63,373 nucleotides of DNA from IMG/VR virus record IMGVR_UViG_3300028854_000008, positions 1-63,373 of that record; one strand, given 5' to 3'. The notes under the pieces are model-generated. The model was not told the DNA's origin, ran no database searches, and saw only the letters and a program-made list of their open reading frames with translations. The DNA comes from a virus. Its lineage: Duplodnaviria > Heunggongvirae > Uroviricota > Caudoviricetes. Below are positions 9,607-19,749 of this stretch, piece after piece; the stretch's first letter is position 1; each line of letters starts with the position of its first letter. A program made the translations under genes and the position numbers.

Positions 9607-10078
9607 AATAAATTTACCCACTGAGAAGTGGGACAGAAAATATTTAGGATTGGCAAAATATATTGCAAATGAATGGAGTAAAGATCCTTCAACAAAAGTA
9701 GGAGCAGTTTTAGTTAATTATGAATATAATCAAGAGTTTATTGGTTATAATGGATTTCCCAGAGGAGTTGTAGACAGCGAAGATAGATACGATGATAGAG
9801 AGTTAAAATATAAAATGATAGTTCATGCTGAGGTAAATGCAATTCTGAAAGCTGGTTTTATTGCTAGAGGATCAACTTTATATGTATATCCTAGTTTTTC
9901 AGCTCCGCCAATTTGCAATGAATGTGCCAAATTAGCAATCCAGAGTGGAATTAAATCAATAGTTGGATTTGAACCCAATTGGTTAGATCCCATAGTTCAA
10001 CGATGGGCAGATTCTATGTCTGTTTCTAAGATGATGTTTGAGGAAGCTGGTGTAACTTGGAGAACAATAAAAGGATAA
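9593..10078 (+). CDS. dCMP deaminase
   Basis: SKDPSTKVGA, GYNGFPRG, VHAEVNA, PICNECAK. Confidence 0.9.
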   Translation: MKMSKINLPTEKWDRKYLGLAKYIANEWSKDPSTKVGAVLVNYEYNQEFIGYNGFPRGVVDSEDRYDDRELKYKMIVHAEVNAILKAGFIARGSTLYVYPSFSAPPICNECAKLAIQSGIKSIVGFEPNWLDPIVQRWADSMSVSKMMFEEAGVTWRTIKG

Positions 10079-10081
10079 ATT

Positions 10082-11449
10082 ATGGCAATGACAAAAAGTA
10101 GTGTAGAAGTTCAAAAAATATTTTTGAATTTTATGTTGAGTAATCCTACTTTATACACAAGGGTTCAAAATATTTATAATGTAGAAAATTTTGATAGAAG
10201 TTTAAAATCTGCTGCGAAATTTTTGCAAGAGCATGTCACAGAACATTCTTCCATCCCAACAACTCAACAAATAAATGCAGTTGCAAGCACTGATTTGGAA
10301 TTGATTGATGGAATAAATGATGGTCACGAACATTGGTTTCTTGAGGAATTTGAGCAATTTACAAGAATTGCTGAATTAGAACGGGCAATTCTTAAATCTG
10401 CTGATTTATTGGATAAAGGAGATTTTGGTCCAATTGAAAAGCTTATTAAAGATGCAGTCCAAATTAGTTTAACAAGAGATTTGGGGATCAATTATTTTGA
10501 TGATCCGAGGAGAAGACTACTGAGATTAAAAGATTCAAATGGTCAAGTAAGCACTGGTTGGAAAGATATCGATAAAGCTCTTTTCGGAGGATTCAATCGC
10601 GGAGAATTAAATGTATTTTGTGGCGGCCCTGGGGCAGGGAAAAGCGTTTTCCTTCAAAATCTAGCATGTAATTGGATTCTATCAGGAATGAATGGAATAT
10701 ATGTTACGTTGGAATTGAGTGCTGAATTAGTCGCAATGCGTTTGGATAGTATGATTACTGGAATCAGCAGTAAAGAAATTTTCAAGAGATTGGACGATGT
10801 AGAATTACAAGTTTCTATGGCTGGCAAAAAATCTGGAAGATTAAGAATTAAATTTTTGCCATCTGGGAGCACAGTAAATGATATCAGAGCATATGTCAAA
10901 GAATTGTCAATTCAAGAAAATTTTAAAGCTGATTTTATCTGCGTCGATTATTTGGATTTGGTAAATCCTGGTTCTTTTAAAGTTGATCAATCTGACATCT
11001 TTACAAAAGATAAGTTGGTTAGCGAAGAGTTACGAAATTTTTCAATTGAATTACGATCTTTGTTTGCCACTGCGTCACAATTAAATAGGAGTTCATTTGA
11101 AGAAATAGAATTTAATTTGGGTAATATTGCTGGCGGTATTTCAAAAGCTAATTCTGCTGATAATTTATTTGGCATTTTTACAAGCAGAATTATGAAAGAA
11201 CGAGGAGCCATTCAACTCCAGTTTTTGAAAACCAGAAATAGTTCAGGAGTCGGACAAAAAGTTGATCTTGATTTTAATGTAGATTCACTAAGAATTACTG
11301 ATTCTACAAGTTCAGGAGAAGATTCTTCGATGGCTGGAAATAATATTTTATCTCAAATTAAAAATGCACCAAAAACAGCAAATGTAAGTTCAACTGAAAA
11401 TAAACAAGATATGTTAAAAAATTTGTTATCAAGTATTAATAAAAAATAA
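10082..11449 (+). CDS. Replicative DNA helicase (T4 gp41/DnaB-like)
   Basis: Walker A GGPGAGKS, YVTLEL, CVDYLD, ASQLNR, QFLKTRNS. Confidence 0.9.
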   Translation: MAMTKSSVEVQKIFLNFMLSNPTLYTRVQNIYNVENFDRSLKSAAKFLQEHVTEHSSIPTTQQINAVASTDLELIDGINDGHEHWFLEEFEQFTRIAELERAILKSADLLDKGDFGPIEKLIKDAVQISLTRDLGINYFDDPRRRLLRLKDSNGQVSTGWKDIDKALFGGFNRGELNVFCGGPGAGKSVFLQNLACNWILSGMNGIYVTLELSAELVAMRLDSMITGISSKEIFKRLDDVELQVSMAGKKSGRLRIKFLPSGSTVNDIRAYVKELSIQENFKADFICVDYLDLVNPGSFKVDQSDIFTKDKLVSEELRNFSIELRSLFATASQLNRSSFEEIEFNLGNIAGGISKANSADNLFGIFTSRIMKERGAIQLQFLKTRNSSGVGQKVDLDFNVDSLRITDSTSSGEDSSMAGNNILSQIKNAPKTANVSSTENKQDMLKNLLSSINKK

Positions 11450-11450
11450 A

Positions 11451-12905
11451 ATGCCAAAATTAAAAATACCAATTGAATTACAAAAATATGAAAATCCAAT
11501 GAAATGGGTTAAGGAGAATTGTAATCCAATTTTATTGGAAAATAAAAAATCAAAACATATTTTAATGTATTCTGCTTTGCATCCAGAAGATTCTCCAATT
11601 TGTAAATATTCTGGATTAATTAGAAAATATTCAAGAGAATTACAAAAATTTACTGAATGTATATTGGGCAAAAAATGTCAATGTCATAAAGATAAATATC
11701 AAGAAATTGTCATGAATCGAGGAAAAACTTGCATGGAAAGATATGGAGTGGCAAACCCAATGCAAGTTGAAGAAGTTAAAAATAAATTGTCAAACACTAA
11801 TTTAGAAAAATATGGTTTCAAAAATCCATTTAGTAACAAAGAAATTCAAAATAAAATCAAAAACACTAATTTGGAAAAATATGGTTGTGCTAATCCAGCA
11901 AGCAACGACACAATAAAAGAAAAAATCCAACATACTTGGAAAATGAATTATGGATGTCACCCTCAACAAACAAAAAATGTTAGAAATAAAACAGAGAAAA
12001 CTTGTATAGAAAAATATGGAGCAAAAACTCCATTTTTGAATACTAAAATCCAAAATAAAATTAAAGATTCAATGGTGAGCAATTATGGAGTGGAATATGC
12101 TCTCCAAAGCGAAGAATTTCAGAAAAAACAACAACATACAATATCCGAGCGATTTTGTTACGATGAAGATATGGAATATTATCCTGAATTAATAAAACGT
12201 ATGGAAGATTCTATGGTAAAATTGTATGGAGTTCACCGTGCTTTAGAACTGCCAAAATTTATGGATAAATTGAGAATAACAAATCAAAGAAATTACGGAT
12301 ATGAATTCGCAAGTCAGTCTCCAGAAATAAAACTTCAAGTTAAAAATTATTTTTTAAGAAAATATGATTGCGAAAATTATTCTCAATTGCATATAAGTAA
12401 AGAATCATTGAATATATTAAATGATCTTTCTAAATTAGAAGAAGTTGTTATATCTAATGGAATTCAAAATTCTTGTGTTAAATTAGGTATTTCCGAAAGC
12501 ACTTTATATAAGAGATTACGCAAATTGGATTCTTTTGTTTGCAGAGGAATGAGAAGTATAACAGAATTAGAAATAGACAATTGGCTTACAGAAAATAATA
12601 TTTTATTTGAATCAAATAATAGAACCCAAATTAAACCATATGAACTTGATTTTTATTTCTTTAAATATAATAAAGCCATAGAATTTCAAGGTGACTATTG
12701 GCATATGAATCCAACTATTTTTGAAGCTGATGATTTTAATGAAATAAAAAATAAAACAGCATTTGAAATTTGGAAATATGATTTAAATAAATTTGAATTG
12801 AGCAAAGCTAAACATATTGATATATTTTATATTTGGGAGTCTGATTGGAACTTAAATAAAGAAAAAATTAAATTGAAAGTTCTTGACTTTCTGAAGCAGT
12901 TGTAG
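11451..12905 (+). CDS. Homing-endonuclease-like protein with EKYG repeats and a C-terminal PD-(D/E)xK nuclease
   Basis: Repeated (T/N)xxEKYGxxNP units; C-terminal YELDFY...AIEFQGDYWH. Confidence 0.7.
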   Translation: MPKLKIPIELQKYENPMKWVKENCNPILLENKKSKHILMYSALHPEDSPICKYSGLIRKYSRELQKFTECILGKKCQCHKDKYQEIVMNRGKTCMERYGVANPMQVEEVKNKLSNTNLEKYGFKNPFSNKEIQNKIKNTNLEKYGCANPASNDTIKEKIQHTWKMNYGCHPQQTKNVRNKTEKTCIEKYGAKTPFLNTKIQNKIKDSMVSNYGVEYALQSEEFQKKQQHTISERFCYDEDMEYYPELIKRMEDSMVKLYGVHRALELPKFMDKLRITNQRNYGYEFASQSPEIKLQVKNYFLRKYDCENYSQLHISKESLNILNDLSKLEEVVISNGIQNSCVKLGISESTLYKRLRKLDSFVCRGMRSITELEIDNWLTENNILFESNNRTQIKPYELDFYFFKYNKAIEFQGDYWHMNPTIFEADDFNEIKNKTAFEIWKYDLNKFELSKAKHIDIFYIWESDWNLNKEKIKLKVLDFLKQL

Positions 12906-12917
12906 TAACATCTAAAT

Positions 12918-13397
12918 ATGGAAACAAATAATATTAATTTAATTTTTGAAGATACTGAAAATGTAATTGATAATTTTCGCGGAGAATATAGATTTTTAAG
13001 CAATTTTGATATTGGCCCCAAAGATTATGAAATTAACTTGGATGGCGAAATTTATAAAACTGTAGAAGCTGCATATCAAGCTGCGAAAACATTTGATAAA
13101 TTAAAAAGAAAATTAATTCAGGACGCGCCGACTCCAGGAAAAGCAAAAAAATTAGGGCAAGAAGTATCTATTAGAAAAGATTGGGAAAGTATCAAACTAC
13201 AAGTTATGTATGATTGTTTAATACAAAAATTTTCTTATCCTTATTTTAAAGAATTATTGCTATCAACATATCCCAAAGTTCTGATTGAAGGAAATACTTG
13301 GAATGACACTTTTTATGGTGTATGTAATGGAATAGGACAAAACAATCTTGGAAAATTATTAATGGCAATCAGAGAGAAATTTATAAATGAAATGTAA
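12918..13397 (+). CDS. ybiA: NADAR (YbiA-like) family protein
   Basis: FLSNF, TVEAAYQAAK, AKKLG, QKF...LLLST...LIEGNTWNDTFYG...GQNNLGKLLM. Confidence 0.85.
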   Translation: METNNINLIFEDTENVIDNFRGEYRFLSNFDIGPKDYEINLDGEIYKTVEAAYQAAKTFDKLKRKLIQDAPTPGKAKKLGQEVSIRKDWESIKLQVMYDCLIQKFSYPYFKELLLSTYPKVLIEGNTWNDTFYGVCNGIGQNNLGKLLMAIREKFINEM

Positions 13398-13563
13398 AAA
13401 TTGTAGTTCTAATGAACAACTCGAATGCTTGTTCAATCAATTTAGTGATAGTGTCAGTATCAAATGCCCATATTGTGGGTTTAGTAAAACATTTTTATTA
13501 AGCGCATATTTATATCAATGCCCGTGTTGCAATTACCCAAATTGTGGACATAATCATAATTAA
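13387..13563 (+). CDS. Cys-rich small protein, 58 aa (not in ORF track)
   Basis: MKCKNC...CPYCG...CPCCNYPNCG. Confidence 0.5.
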   Translation: MKCKNCSSNEQLECLFNQFSDSVSIKCPYCGFSKTFLLSAYLYQCPCCNYPNCGHNHN

Positions 13564-13574
13564 GGAGAATTAAA

Positions 13575-14138
13575 ATGGAATTAACATTAAGAAAAGCATC
13601 TGCTATTCAAGAAGTTATTTTAAGCAAAATTAATAATATTGAATTGAAACCAATAATATCATTAAATGAATTTCAAGATCCCACTTCTGTTATTTTAGTA
13701 GCTCAAAATGATTTATTGACATCTCTGGCTAATAAAGTTAAGTTGTGGGATGCTTTCTATGAAATCAGAACATCTTTGGGAAAAGCAAATGCTGATGCTG
13801 GAGTTAATTCTTTATTGGCTGATCTTGCGAAATCAGAAAAATTAATTCAACTTTATACAAGCATTACAGCAAAGTCTTCATTACAAGAAAGTTTAGATGT
13901 TATCACTGGAAAACTAAAAAAGATTTCAGCCGCATCATCAAATGAATCACGATATGGATATTCAGAAACTGTTAATTCAGGAGTATTAGCTTCTCTAGAT
14001 GATTTAACGGCCAAGGTAAATTTATTATCTAAAAAGAAGCAAGATTTAAATGATAAATTATTGGAATTAAATATTAAAACTAAAATAGTATTGACTGATA
14101 AAACCAATGAAGTATTGGTTAATCTTGGAATTTTATAA
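13575..14138 (+). CDS. Coiled-coil hypothetical protein
   Basis: 187-aa ORF with AAGGAG SD. Confidence 0.75.
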   Translation: MELTLRKASAIQEVILSKINNIELKPIISLNEFQDPTSVILVAQNDLLTSLANKVKLWDAFYEIRTSLGKANADAGVNSLLADLAKSEKLIQLYTSITAKSSLQESLDVITGKLKKISAASSNESRYGYSETVNSGVLASLDDLTAKVNLLSKKKQDLNDKLLELNIKTKIVLTDKTNEVLVNLGIL

Positions 14139-14366
14139 AAGATTATAGTCATGTCACTTTGAATGACTATATATCACTCCAAAGGAGATGAGGGTTAGCT
14201 TCACTTCCTTGTTTCAGAAATGGAACATATGGATGATCGATTAATCAGCGTGATCTTACCAAAACTAATTTTTTGATTGTTGCTGGTAGGGAATATGCAG
14301 ATAATTGCTAATTGCTTATAAATTGTTGACAATTGATTATTGTCCTGCTAATTACTTACCTTTGGC

Positions 14367-14756
14367 GTGATTTATGATAGGAAAATAATGGAAAATAAAT
14401 TTATTGTAATGTGGGACGAAATTGGGTTGGAATGTATTATTCCTGTTGATATAGAACAAGTGAATAAGTATAGAAATGATTTATTGATAGCTAAATTGGC
14501 TGATGACACTGCTCCAAAAAATTCATATCTTGAAAATTTTAGCCTTACTATGGAAATGCTAACAATGCGGGCTAACGTCAATAGTCAAAGAAATTATGAA
14601 ATTTATATTTTAGATACATCTGAAGATATTAATCAAAAAACATTAGAATTTTATTTTGAAAACAACCCACAAATGATCGTTGATATTATAAGAACAACCG
14701 GAACAAAAATATTCGGTTCTGGTAGGGGCAAAAATTCAAAACCAAAAATATTATAA
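14367..14756 (+). CDS. Hypothetical protein
   Basis: 129-aa ORF. Confidence 0.6.
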   Translation: MIYDRKIMENKFIVMWDEIGLECIIPVDIEQVNKYRNDLLIAKLADDTAPKNSYLENFSLTMEMLTMRANVNSQRNYEIYILDTSEDINQKTLEFYFENNPQMIVDIIRTTGTKIFGSGRGKNSKPKIL

Positions 14757-14784
14757 GAACAGAAATAAAAAATTTAAGGATAAA

Positions 14785-15744
14785 ATGACTGACGATCAAA
14801 TTTTAAATGATATTTTGGCAGATGCCTTAGGCGATGATTCTCAAACACAATCAGAAACACAACCAAAAGATTACTATGACTCTTGTAGACAAACAGCAAT
14901 CTCCAATGAATCTATTGAATATAGACAATGGCAAATTGGATCAAATGATACTTATCGTCCAGCAGGATTAACACGGGAAGCTTTACCTCCTGGTGTTTAT
15001 TCATTTGAAAGAGATGATATGGGATTAGTCGTAAAAATTATAAAAGTTATAACAGATTCATTGATTATTTTGCCAGACAACGCCAGTGAAAAAGTATTAA
15101 TGGGAATGAAAAAGTTTTGGGAAATGGAAAGCAAATATAGAAAACATGGTTTGCTCTATAAAAGAGGAATTTTATTATTTGGACCTCCAGGATCTGGCAA
15201 AACTGCAACTATTACATTATTGAGTAAAGATTTATTGGATGCTGGTGGCATTGTGGTTATGTGTGAAGACCCATTTATAACAGCCAAAGGATTGGCAGCA
15301 ATCAGAAGAATTGAACCAAATAGAAGAATTATTTGTATCATAGAAGATATCGATGAGAATATTCAAAAATATGGAGAGCATGATTTATTGGCATTGCTGG
15401 ACGGAGAAAATCAAGTGGAAAATATAGTAATGTTGGCAACTACTAATTATCCTGATAGATTGGGAGCAAGAATAGTTAATCGACCTTCTAGATTTGATGA
15501 AAGAATTTTTGTTGGAATGCCTTCTGCTGCTGCAAGAAAAATTTATCTTCGCAAGGTGGTCGGAGAAATTCCAGAACTTGATCAATGGGTAAATGATACT
15601 GATCAATTAAGTATTGCTCATCTCCGTGAACTTTCTGCTGCTGTCAAATGTCTTGATCAAGATTATGATGTTGTTCTCAGTAGATTAAAATTGATGAAGC
15701 ACAAACTAAAAGATGTAGATGTTCCTGAAAAGGTTGGATTCTAA
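14785..15744 (+). CDS. AAA+ ATPase
   Basis: GILLFGPPGSGKT, Walker B IIEDID, ATTNYPDRL, RPSRFD. Confidence 0.9.
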   Translation: MTDDQILNDILADALGDDSQTQSETQPKDYYDSCRQTAISNESIEYRQWQIGSNDTYRPAGLTREALPPGVYSFERDDMGLVVKIIKVITDSLIILPDNASEKVLMGMKKFWEMESKYRKHGLLYKRGILLFGPPGSGKTATITLLSKDLLDAGGIVVMCEDPFITAKGLAAIRRIEPNRRIICIIEDIDENIQKYGEHDLLALLDGENQVENIVMLATTNYPDRLGARIVNRPSRFDERIFVGMPSAAARKIYLRKVVGEIPELDQWVNDTDQLSIAHLRELSAAVKCLDQDYDVVLSRLKLMKHKLKDVDVPEKVGF

Positions 15745-15745
15745 T

Positions 15746-16072
15746 ATGACAAGAGATGAAAAATATGTAAAAGATCATTGGAAAGAAATCAATGAACATT
15801 GGAAAGATAATGATAGTTATGCTCCTGATTTATTCATAGTTAATATAGGAGATGGTCATTTTTATGATAAAGATCCTAACAAAGTTTGGAAGAAAGCTGC
15901 TGAGTTTACAAAGGATACTGAAGAAGAGTTAGAAACATTAAATTATGCAACTAATTTAGTCGAAGGAATGAATAATAAATTTAGTTCTCATACTGATATA
16001 GCAACTAGTTTATATATTATTAGTTTACTTGCTAAAAGAAAGAAAAAATTAGAAGTTGGATCGTTAAAATAA
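15746..16072 (+). CDS. Hypothetical protein
   Basis: ORF directly after the AAA ATPase; probable ATG at 15746. Confidence 0.55.
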   Translation: MTRDEKYVKDHWKEINEHWKDNDSYAPDLFIVNIGDGHFYDKDPNKVWKKAAEFTKDTEEELETLNYATNLVEGMNNKFSSHTDIATSLYIISLLAKRKKKLEVGSLK

Positions 16073-16080
16073 ATCTACAA

Positions 16081-16118
16081 AGCAAAAAGGCAACCAATTA
16101 ATTGGTTGCCTTTTTGCT
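16081..16118. terminator. Bidirectional intrinsic terminator / perfect 38-bp palindrome
   Basis: AGCAAAAAGGCAACCAATT-AATTGGTTGCCTTTTTGCT. Confidence 0.8.
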
Positions 16119-16124
16119 TTGTAG

Positions 16125-16131
16125 ATAAATA
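16125..16131 (+). promoter_or_regulatory. Late-type promoter motif ATAAATA (T4 TATAAATA-like)
   Basis: Same motif just upstream of genes at 7753, 19738, 21710, 36205, 59859 and 61760 (+) and at 1701, 17977 and 19708 (-). Confidence 0.65.
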
Positions 16132-16136
16132 CTAAT

Positions 16137-16391
16137 ATGAAAACTGATACCAAATCTTTACTTGAATCTCTTATAGATATTTCTCCTTCCAAAGACAATT
16201 CATTAATTATTGAAAGTCGCGGATCACATATTATAGCAAGTGCAATTTCATTATTGGAAACAATAAATGAGTGTTATGGTGAAGAAAAAGCACTGGAGAT
16301 GGAGAAGAGATTATTGAGTTCTATTCGTTATAAAAATACTGGAAAATTTTCACGAGGAATTCGCCAAATATCAGAAGGAAAAACAATATGA
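16137..16391 (+). CDS. Hypothetical late protein
   Basis: 84-aa ORF after the late motif. Confidence 0.7.
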   Translation: MKTDTKSLLESLIDISPSKDNSLIIESRGSHIIASAISLLETINECYGEEKALEMEKRLLSSIRYKNTGKFSRGIRQISEGKTI

Positions 16392-16633
16392 TAAATGAAA
16401 TTCAATTACAATATGGAAAATCCAATAAATCAGTTCAAGTACCAAATCCTATAGTTACAGAATTAAAAAATGTTGTTGATAGATGGGAAACTGACCAATT
16501 GGAAGATGTGATGATTAGTGAAAGAAAATTAAAAGAAATTTTGGCCAATATTAAAAATACAAAACATAAAGTATCAGAAGCTAAGAATAAAGAAAGAGTA
16601 CTACTATCCACGATAGCCAAATTAAAACAATAA
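16388..16633 (+). CDS. Hypothetical coiled-coil protein
   Basis: 81-aa ORF, ATGA overlap. Confidence 0.6.
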   Translation: MINEIQLQYGKSNKSVQVPNPIVTELKNVVDRWETDQLEDVMISERKLKEILANIKNTKHKVSEAKNKERVLLSTIAKLKQ

Positions 16634-16643
16634 GAGAGCAACT

Positions 16644-17354
16644 ATGTTATTTGAATTTTTAATTAATGAGTCAAAAGCCTTCAGAAACGAAGAAACATTG
16701 CAAAAATATACTTCACAAGAATTGAGTGATATATTGTTTACGATGTTATTGACTCTGCAACTGTTGCATATTGCTCACTTCAATAAGGATATAGATAGAT
16801 ATGCGACAGAAACTTTGAAATATCCAATGTTTGATAGAGTGTATCTTTCAGGTTCAGACATGGCCAATATTATTGCAACTTTAAGAAACGCGAAAGAAAT
16901 TCTTGGAGATAAAAACGTTGATATTCCTGTAATGGAATTAAAACGTTGGTTGCGAGATATGCATTATAAAACAATGGATGATACTTTGAAAAGAATGTTA
17001 TTTGTCAAACTTCAAAATAAATTAAAGATAAAAGATAGCGCATTAACTTCTTTGAGAAGAGATATTCTTGATTCATATGATTTATCATGGAGTCAGAAAA
17101 AACGTTTTGGAGAAAAACTTTATCAAATACTGAGAAAATATCAATATAAGTGCGATATTTTGGTTTTATTACAGAAATTGATGGATAGCAGAGATGAACT
17201 GAAAGAGCATATAATAAAATTACCTTCTGGAAAATATCAACTCAGGTCAGTTAAGAAAAACAAGAAAGGCAAGACAAGAAATCTTGGAACTTTTGATAGT
17301 AGAGGCGCTGCTGAAAAACATGAATCAGAAGTAGAATATTTCAAGAACAAATAA
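16644..17354 (+). CDS. Hypothetical late protein
   Basis: 236-aa ORF. Confidence 0.7.
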   Translation: MLFEFLINESKAFRNEETLQKYTSQELSDILFTMLLTLQLLHIAHFNKDIDRYATETLKYPMFDRVYLSGSDMANIIATLRNAKEILGDKNVDIPVMELKRWLRDMHYKTMDDTLKRMLFVKLQNKLKIKDSALTSLRRDILDSYDLSWSQKKRFGEKLYQILRKYQYKCDILVLLQKLMDSRDELKEHIIKLPSGKYQLRSVKKNKKGKTRNLGTFDSRGAAEKHESEVEYFKNK

Positions 17355-17471
17355 TATATTAGTTGCAGTGTTATCAGCACTCACCAATTCAGAGTACGCC
17401 AGCTATAGATTTGTACATATGAATTTGCTATAGAGAAGATAATAAAGAAAAATTACTTAAATTACTGAAAT

Positions 17472-17504
17472 AAAAATGGAGCCAATTTAATTGGCTCCAT
17501 TTTT
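17472..17504. terminator. Bidirectional terminator between convergent genes
   Basis: AAAAATGGAGCCAATT-T-AATTGGCTCCATTTTT. Confidence 0.85.
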
Positions 17505-17519
17505 GGTTATTTGGTTGAA

Positions 17520-17921
17520 TTAGAAAGTGAAATTGGCTGCGGTTACTGCTGAAAGATTAACATTAGCAAATCCAACTGTTGCATTACCAACTACATAAAC
17601 TCCGAGTCCCTGAATTGCAGTTGTTAGATTTGTTACGTTTGCAGCATTGACACCAGAAGTAAACATTCTGACACCAACGTTAGAGTTTGCGCCATTTGCA
17701 CTAATAAGTGCAAGATTGGCTGTTAAATTTCCGAGAACTTCGATGGTGGCAGTCTGTTCAATTGTTTGAATAACTGCTGGCCATGCGCCAAGAGGACCAG
17801 TGCTAGTTAGAATACCACCGCCGTTGGCTCCGAAGTTTAGTTCAATACCATCAACTGCTTTTCCAAAAAACGCACCAGCATTACCATCTGGGGTTGGATT
17901 TACTTTAGGGAATTGTGCCAT
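17520..17921 (-). CDS. Putative small virion protein
   Basis: Gly/Ala/Asn-rich 133 aa; GGAG SD and late motif upstream (17977). Confidence 0.6.
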   Translation of the reverse strand: MAQFPKVNPTPDGNAGAFFGKAVDGIELNFGANGGGILTSTGPLGAWPAVIQTIEQTATIEVLGNLTANLALISANGANSNVGVRMFTSGVNAANVTNLTTAIQGLGVYVVGNATVGFANVNLSAVTAANFTF

Positions 17922-18019
17922 AATATTATATCTCCATACTACATTATAAGTTTTGAATCTCTCGATTCATTAATAGTATTTATACAAAGCATTAAAAATT
18001 TGCTATTTAACTCAAAAAC

Positions 18020-18928
18020 TTAGTGTGATAATATATCATCTACTTTTTCAACAAATTTTTCGGTTTTGTTTGATAATTGCTCTTTCCATTCTGAAACTAA
18101 CTTTCTCATTTTATTTGGATTGCGATCTGACCAATAATATCTTCCAGAAAGAGAATCATTATTGCTTTCTTGTTTTTGATTATACCACAAACGATGCTTT
18201 CCTTTAGTATCATTTTTTCCTTCAGCAACTACAGTTGGGTGCCATATATGCAAAATTTGGCCAGCCAAAGTTTTATGAGGACTATATAAAGTATCCATAG
18301 CCGTCATTGCTGCATGATCTTCTCCTCCCCAACCACGGAATCTAATATCCCAGCCGCCAACTATTTCAAATGCTTCTTTTGACATAAGTTGAATCATTGC
18401 TCCATACCAATGACCTATTTGTGAAGAAGGAGTACCTTTAAATGCTGTTTTATTTAAATATTCATAATCTTGCAAAGTGGAATTCAAATAAAATTGACTC
18501 TTTGGGTTAGAATTTAATAATTTTTCTGATGCTTCTTCAGTTAAACGAAATAGTTTTCTATAAGGAACAAACCATAACTTAAATCCTTTCTTTTTTGCTA
18601 ATCTAATTTCTTTAGCACACGTAATTATTGAATCGGCTGATATATATGCATCAGCATCTATAATTACAAAAATATCTCCATGTGCTTTACTAGCAGCATT
18701 ATTTACTGCCACTGATTTTGAAAATGGCAAAGAATTTAACTCTGCTTCTTTATCTTCCCCAATAATAATTTCTGCACCTGGCAAACACTTCTTCCAATAT
18801 TGATTTAACCAATTCCAGTTTTTTGATCTTTGGTCATTTTTGTCAGCAGAATGAAAAGGAACTAAAATACTAATACCATTCCCTTTTCTTCGTAATAATT
18901 TTGAAATAAAAAATTTAATATTTTTCAT
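18020..18928 (-). CDS. GT2-family glycosyltransferase (GT-A fold, Glyco_transf_7C-like C-terminus)
   Basis: ISILVPF, FSKSVAVN, IIDAD (DxD), GGWDIRFRGWGGED. Confidence 0.85.
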   Translation of the reverse strand: MKNIKFFISKLLRRKGNGISILVPFHSADKNDQRSKNWNWLNQYWKKCLPGAEIIIGEDKEAELNSLPFSKSVAVNNAASKAHGDIFVIIDADAYISADSIITCAKEIRLAKKKGFKLWFVPYRKLFRLTEEASEKLLNSNPKSQFYLNSTLQDYEYLNKTAFKGTPSSQIGHWYGAMIQLMSKEAFEIVGGWDIRFRGWGGEDHAAMTAMDTLYSPHKTLAGQILHIWHPTVVAEGKNDTKGKHRLWYNQKQESNNDSLSGRYYWSDRNPNKMRKLVSEWKEQLSNKTEKFVEKVDDILSH

Positions 18929-19688
18929 AAATATTCCTCAATTCTATAAATGCATCATATATTTCAAATTTAACATCATCTACTCGATTGCGATCAGCTT
19001 CAATCATTTTTCCGATTTCAAAAGGACAATGTATAGCAGCATTATAATCAAGAAATTTAAAAATACCTCCGTCATTTTTTAAAGCATTACATTCTTCGAC
19101 GCGACGAGGAATTCCTATAGAATCAGCAACAATCATTCCATGCAACGATGAAGTTACAATTCTTCTGCATGATGCAATTTCTTCAATTACAGTTAAAGGA
19201 TCATTCATTGGGTGTATCACTTTACAAGTAAATTTCTTTGGAATAATATTAAGAAATTTTTCAGCCAATTCAGTATCTTGCCAATGAGGTACTATACCCA
19301 AATCCCATTTTTTTTCTTGGTACTGAATAAGTTCATTTGATAAAATTGCTGGATCACCCAAAGCAAAATTTCCTGGTATATTTTTAGATGACAATGGCCC
19401 GCGCAGGGCCAGAATTTTTATGTCATTAGAACAAGGATTAAATTTTAGTTTTGAAGATTCTCTCAATAATCCAGATCCCAATATGATACCTTTCCAATTT
19501 TCTGGAACATGTTCAAGTATAGACCCAACAGAAATAATATCAGCATTCATAATGGGAACCCATTGAATGTTTTCTAAATAAGCAAATCTAGTCAACAGCA
19601 AAGGAGTTAGCCCATCTCCAAAATTTTCTACTTTCTTCCACCAATATACTTTTGTTTTTTTGTGATTTCTCATCAAATCTCCCAACAA
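18915..19688 (-). CDS. Polysaccharide pyruvyltransferase (ExoV-like)
   Basis: NFGDGLTP, VGSIL, ALRGPLS, GDPAIL, TSSLHGMIVADSIGIP. Confidence 0.8.
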   Translation of the reverse strand: MLGDLMRNHKKTKVYWWKKVENFGDGLTPLLLTRFAYLENIQWVPIMNADIISVGSILEHVPENWKGIILGSGLLRESSKLKFNPCSNDIKILALRGPLSSKNIPGNFALGDPAILSNELIQYQEKKWDLGIVPHWQDTELAEKFLNIIPKKFTCKVIHPMNDPLTVIEEIASCRRIVTSSLHGMIVADSIGIPRRVEECNALKNDGGIFKFLDYNAAIHCPFEIGKMIEADRNRVDDVKFEIYDAFIELRNIYEKY

Positions 19689-19749
19689 TATTTAATCATT
19701 ATATGATTATTTATGTGAATAATCAGATTTTAACTTCATAAATATATGC

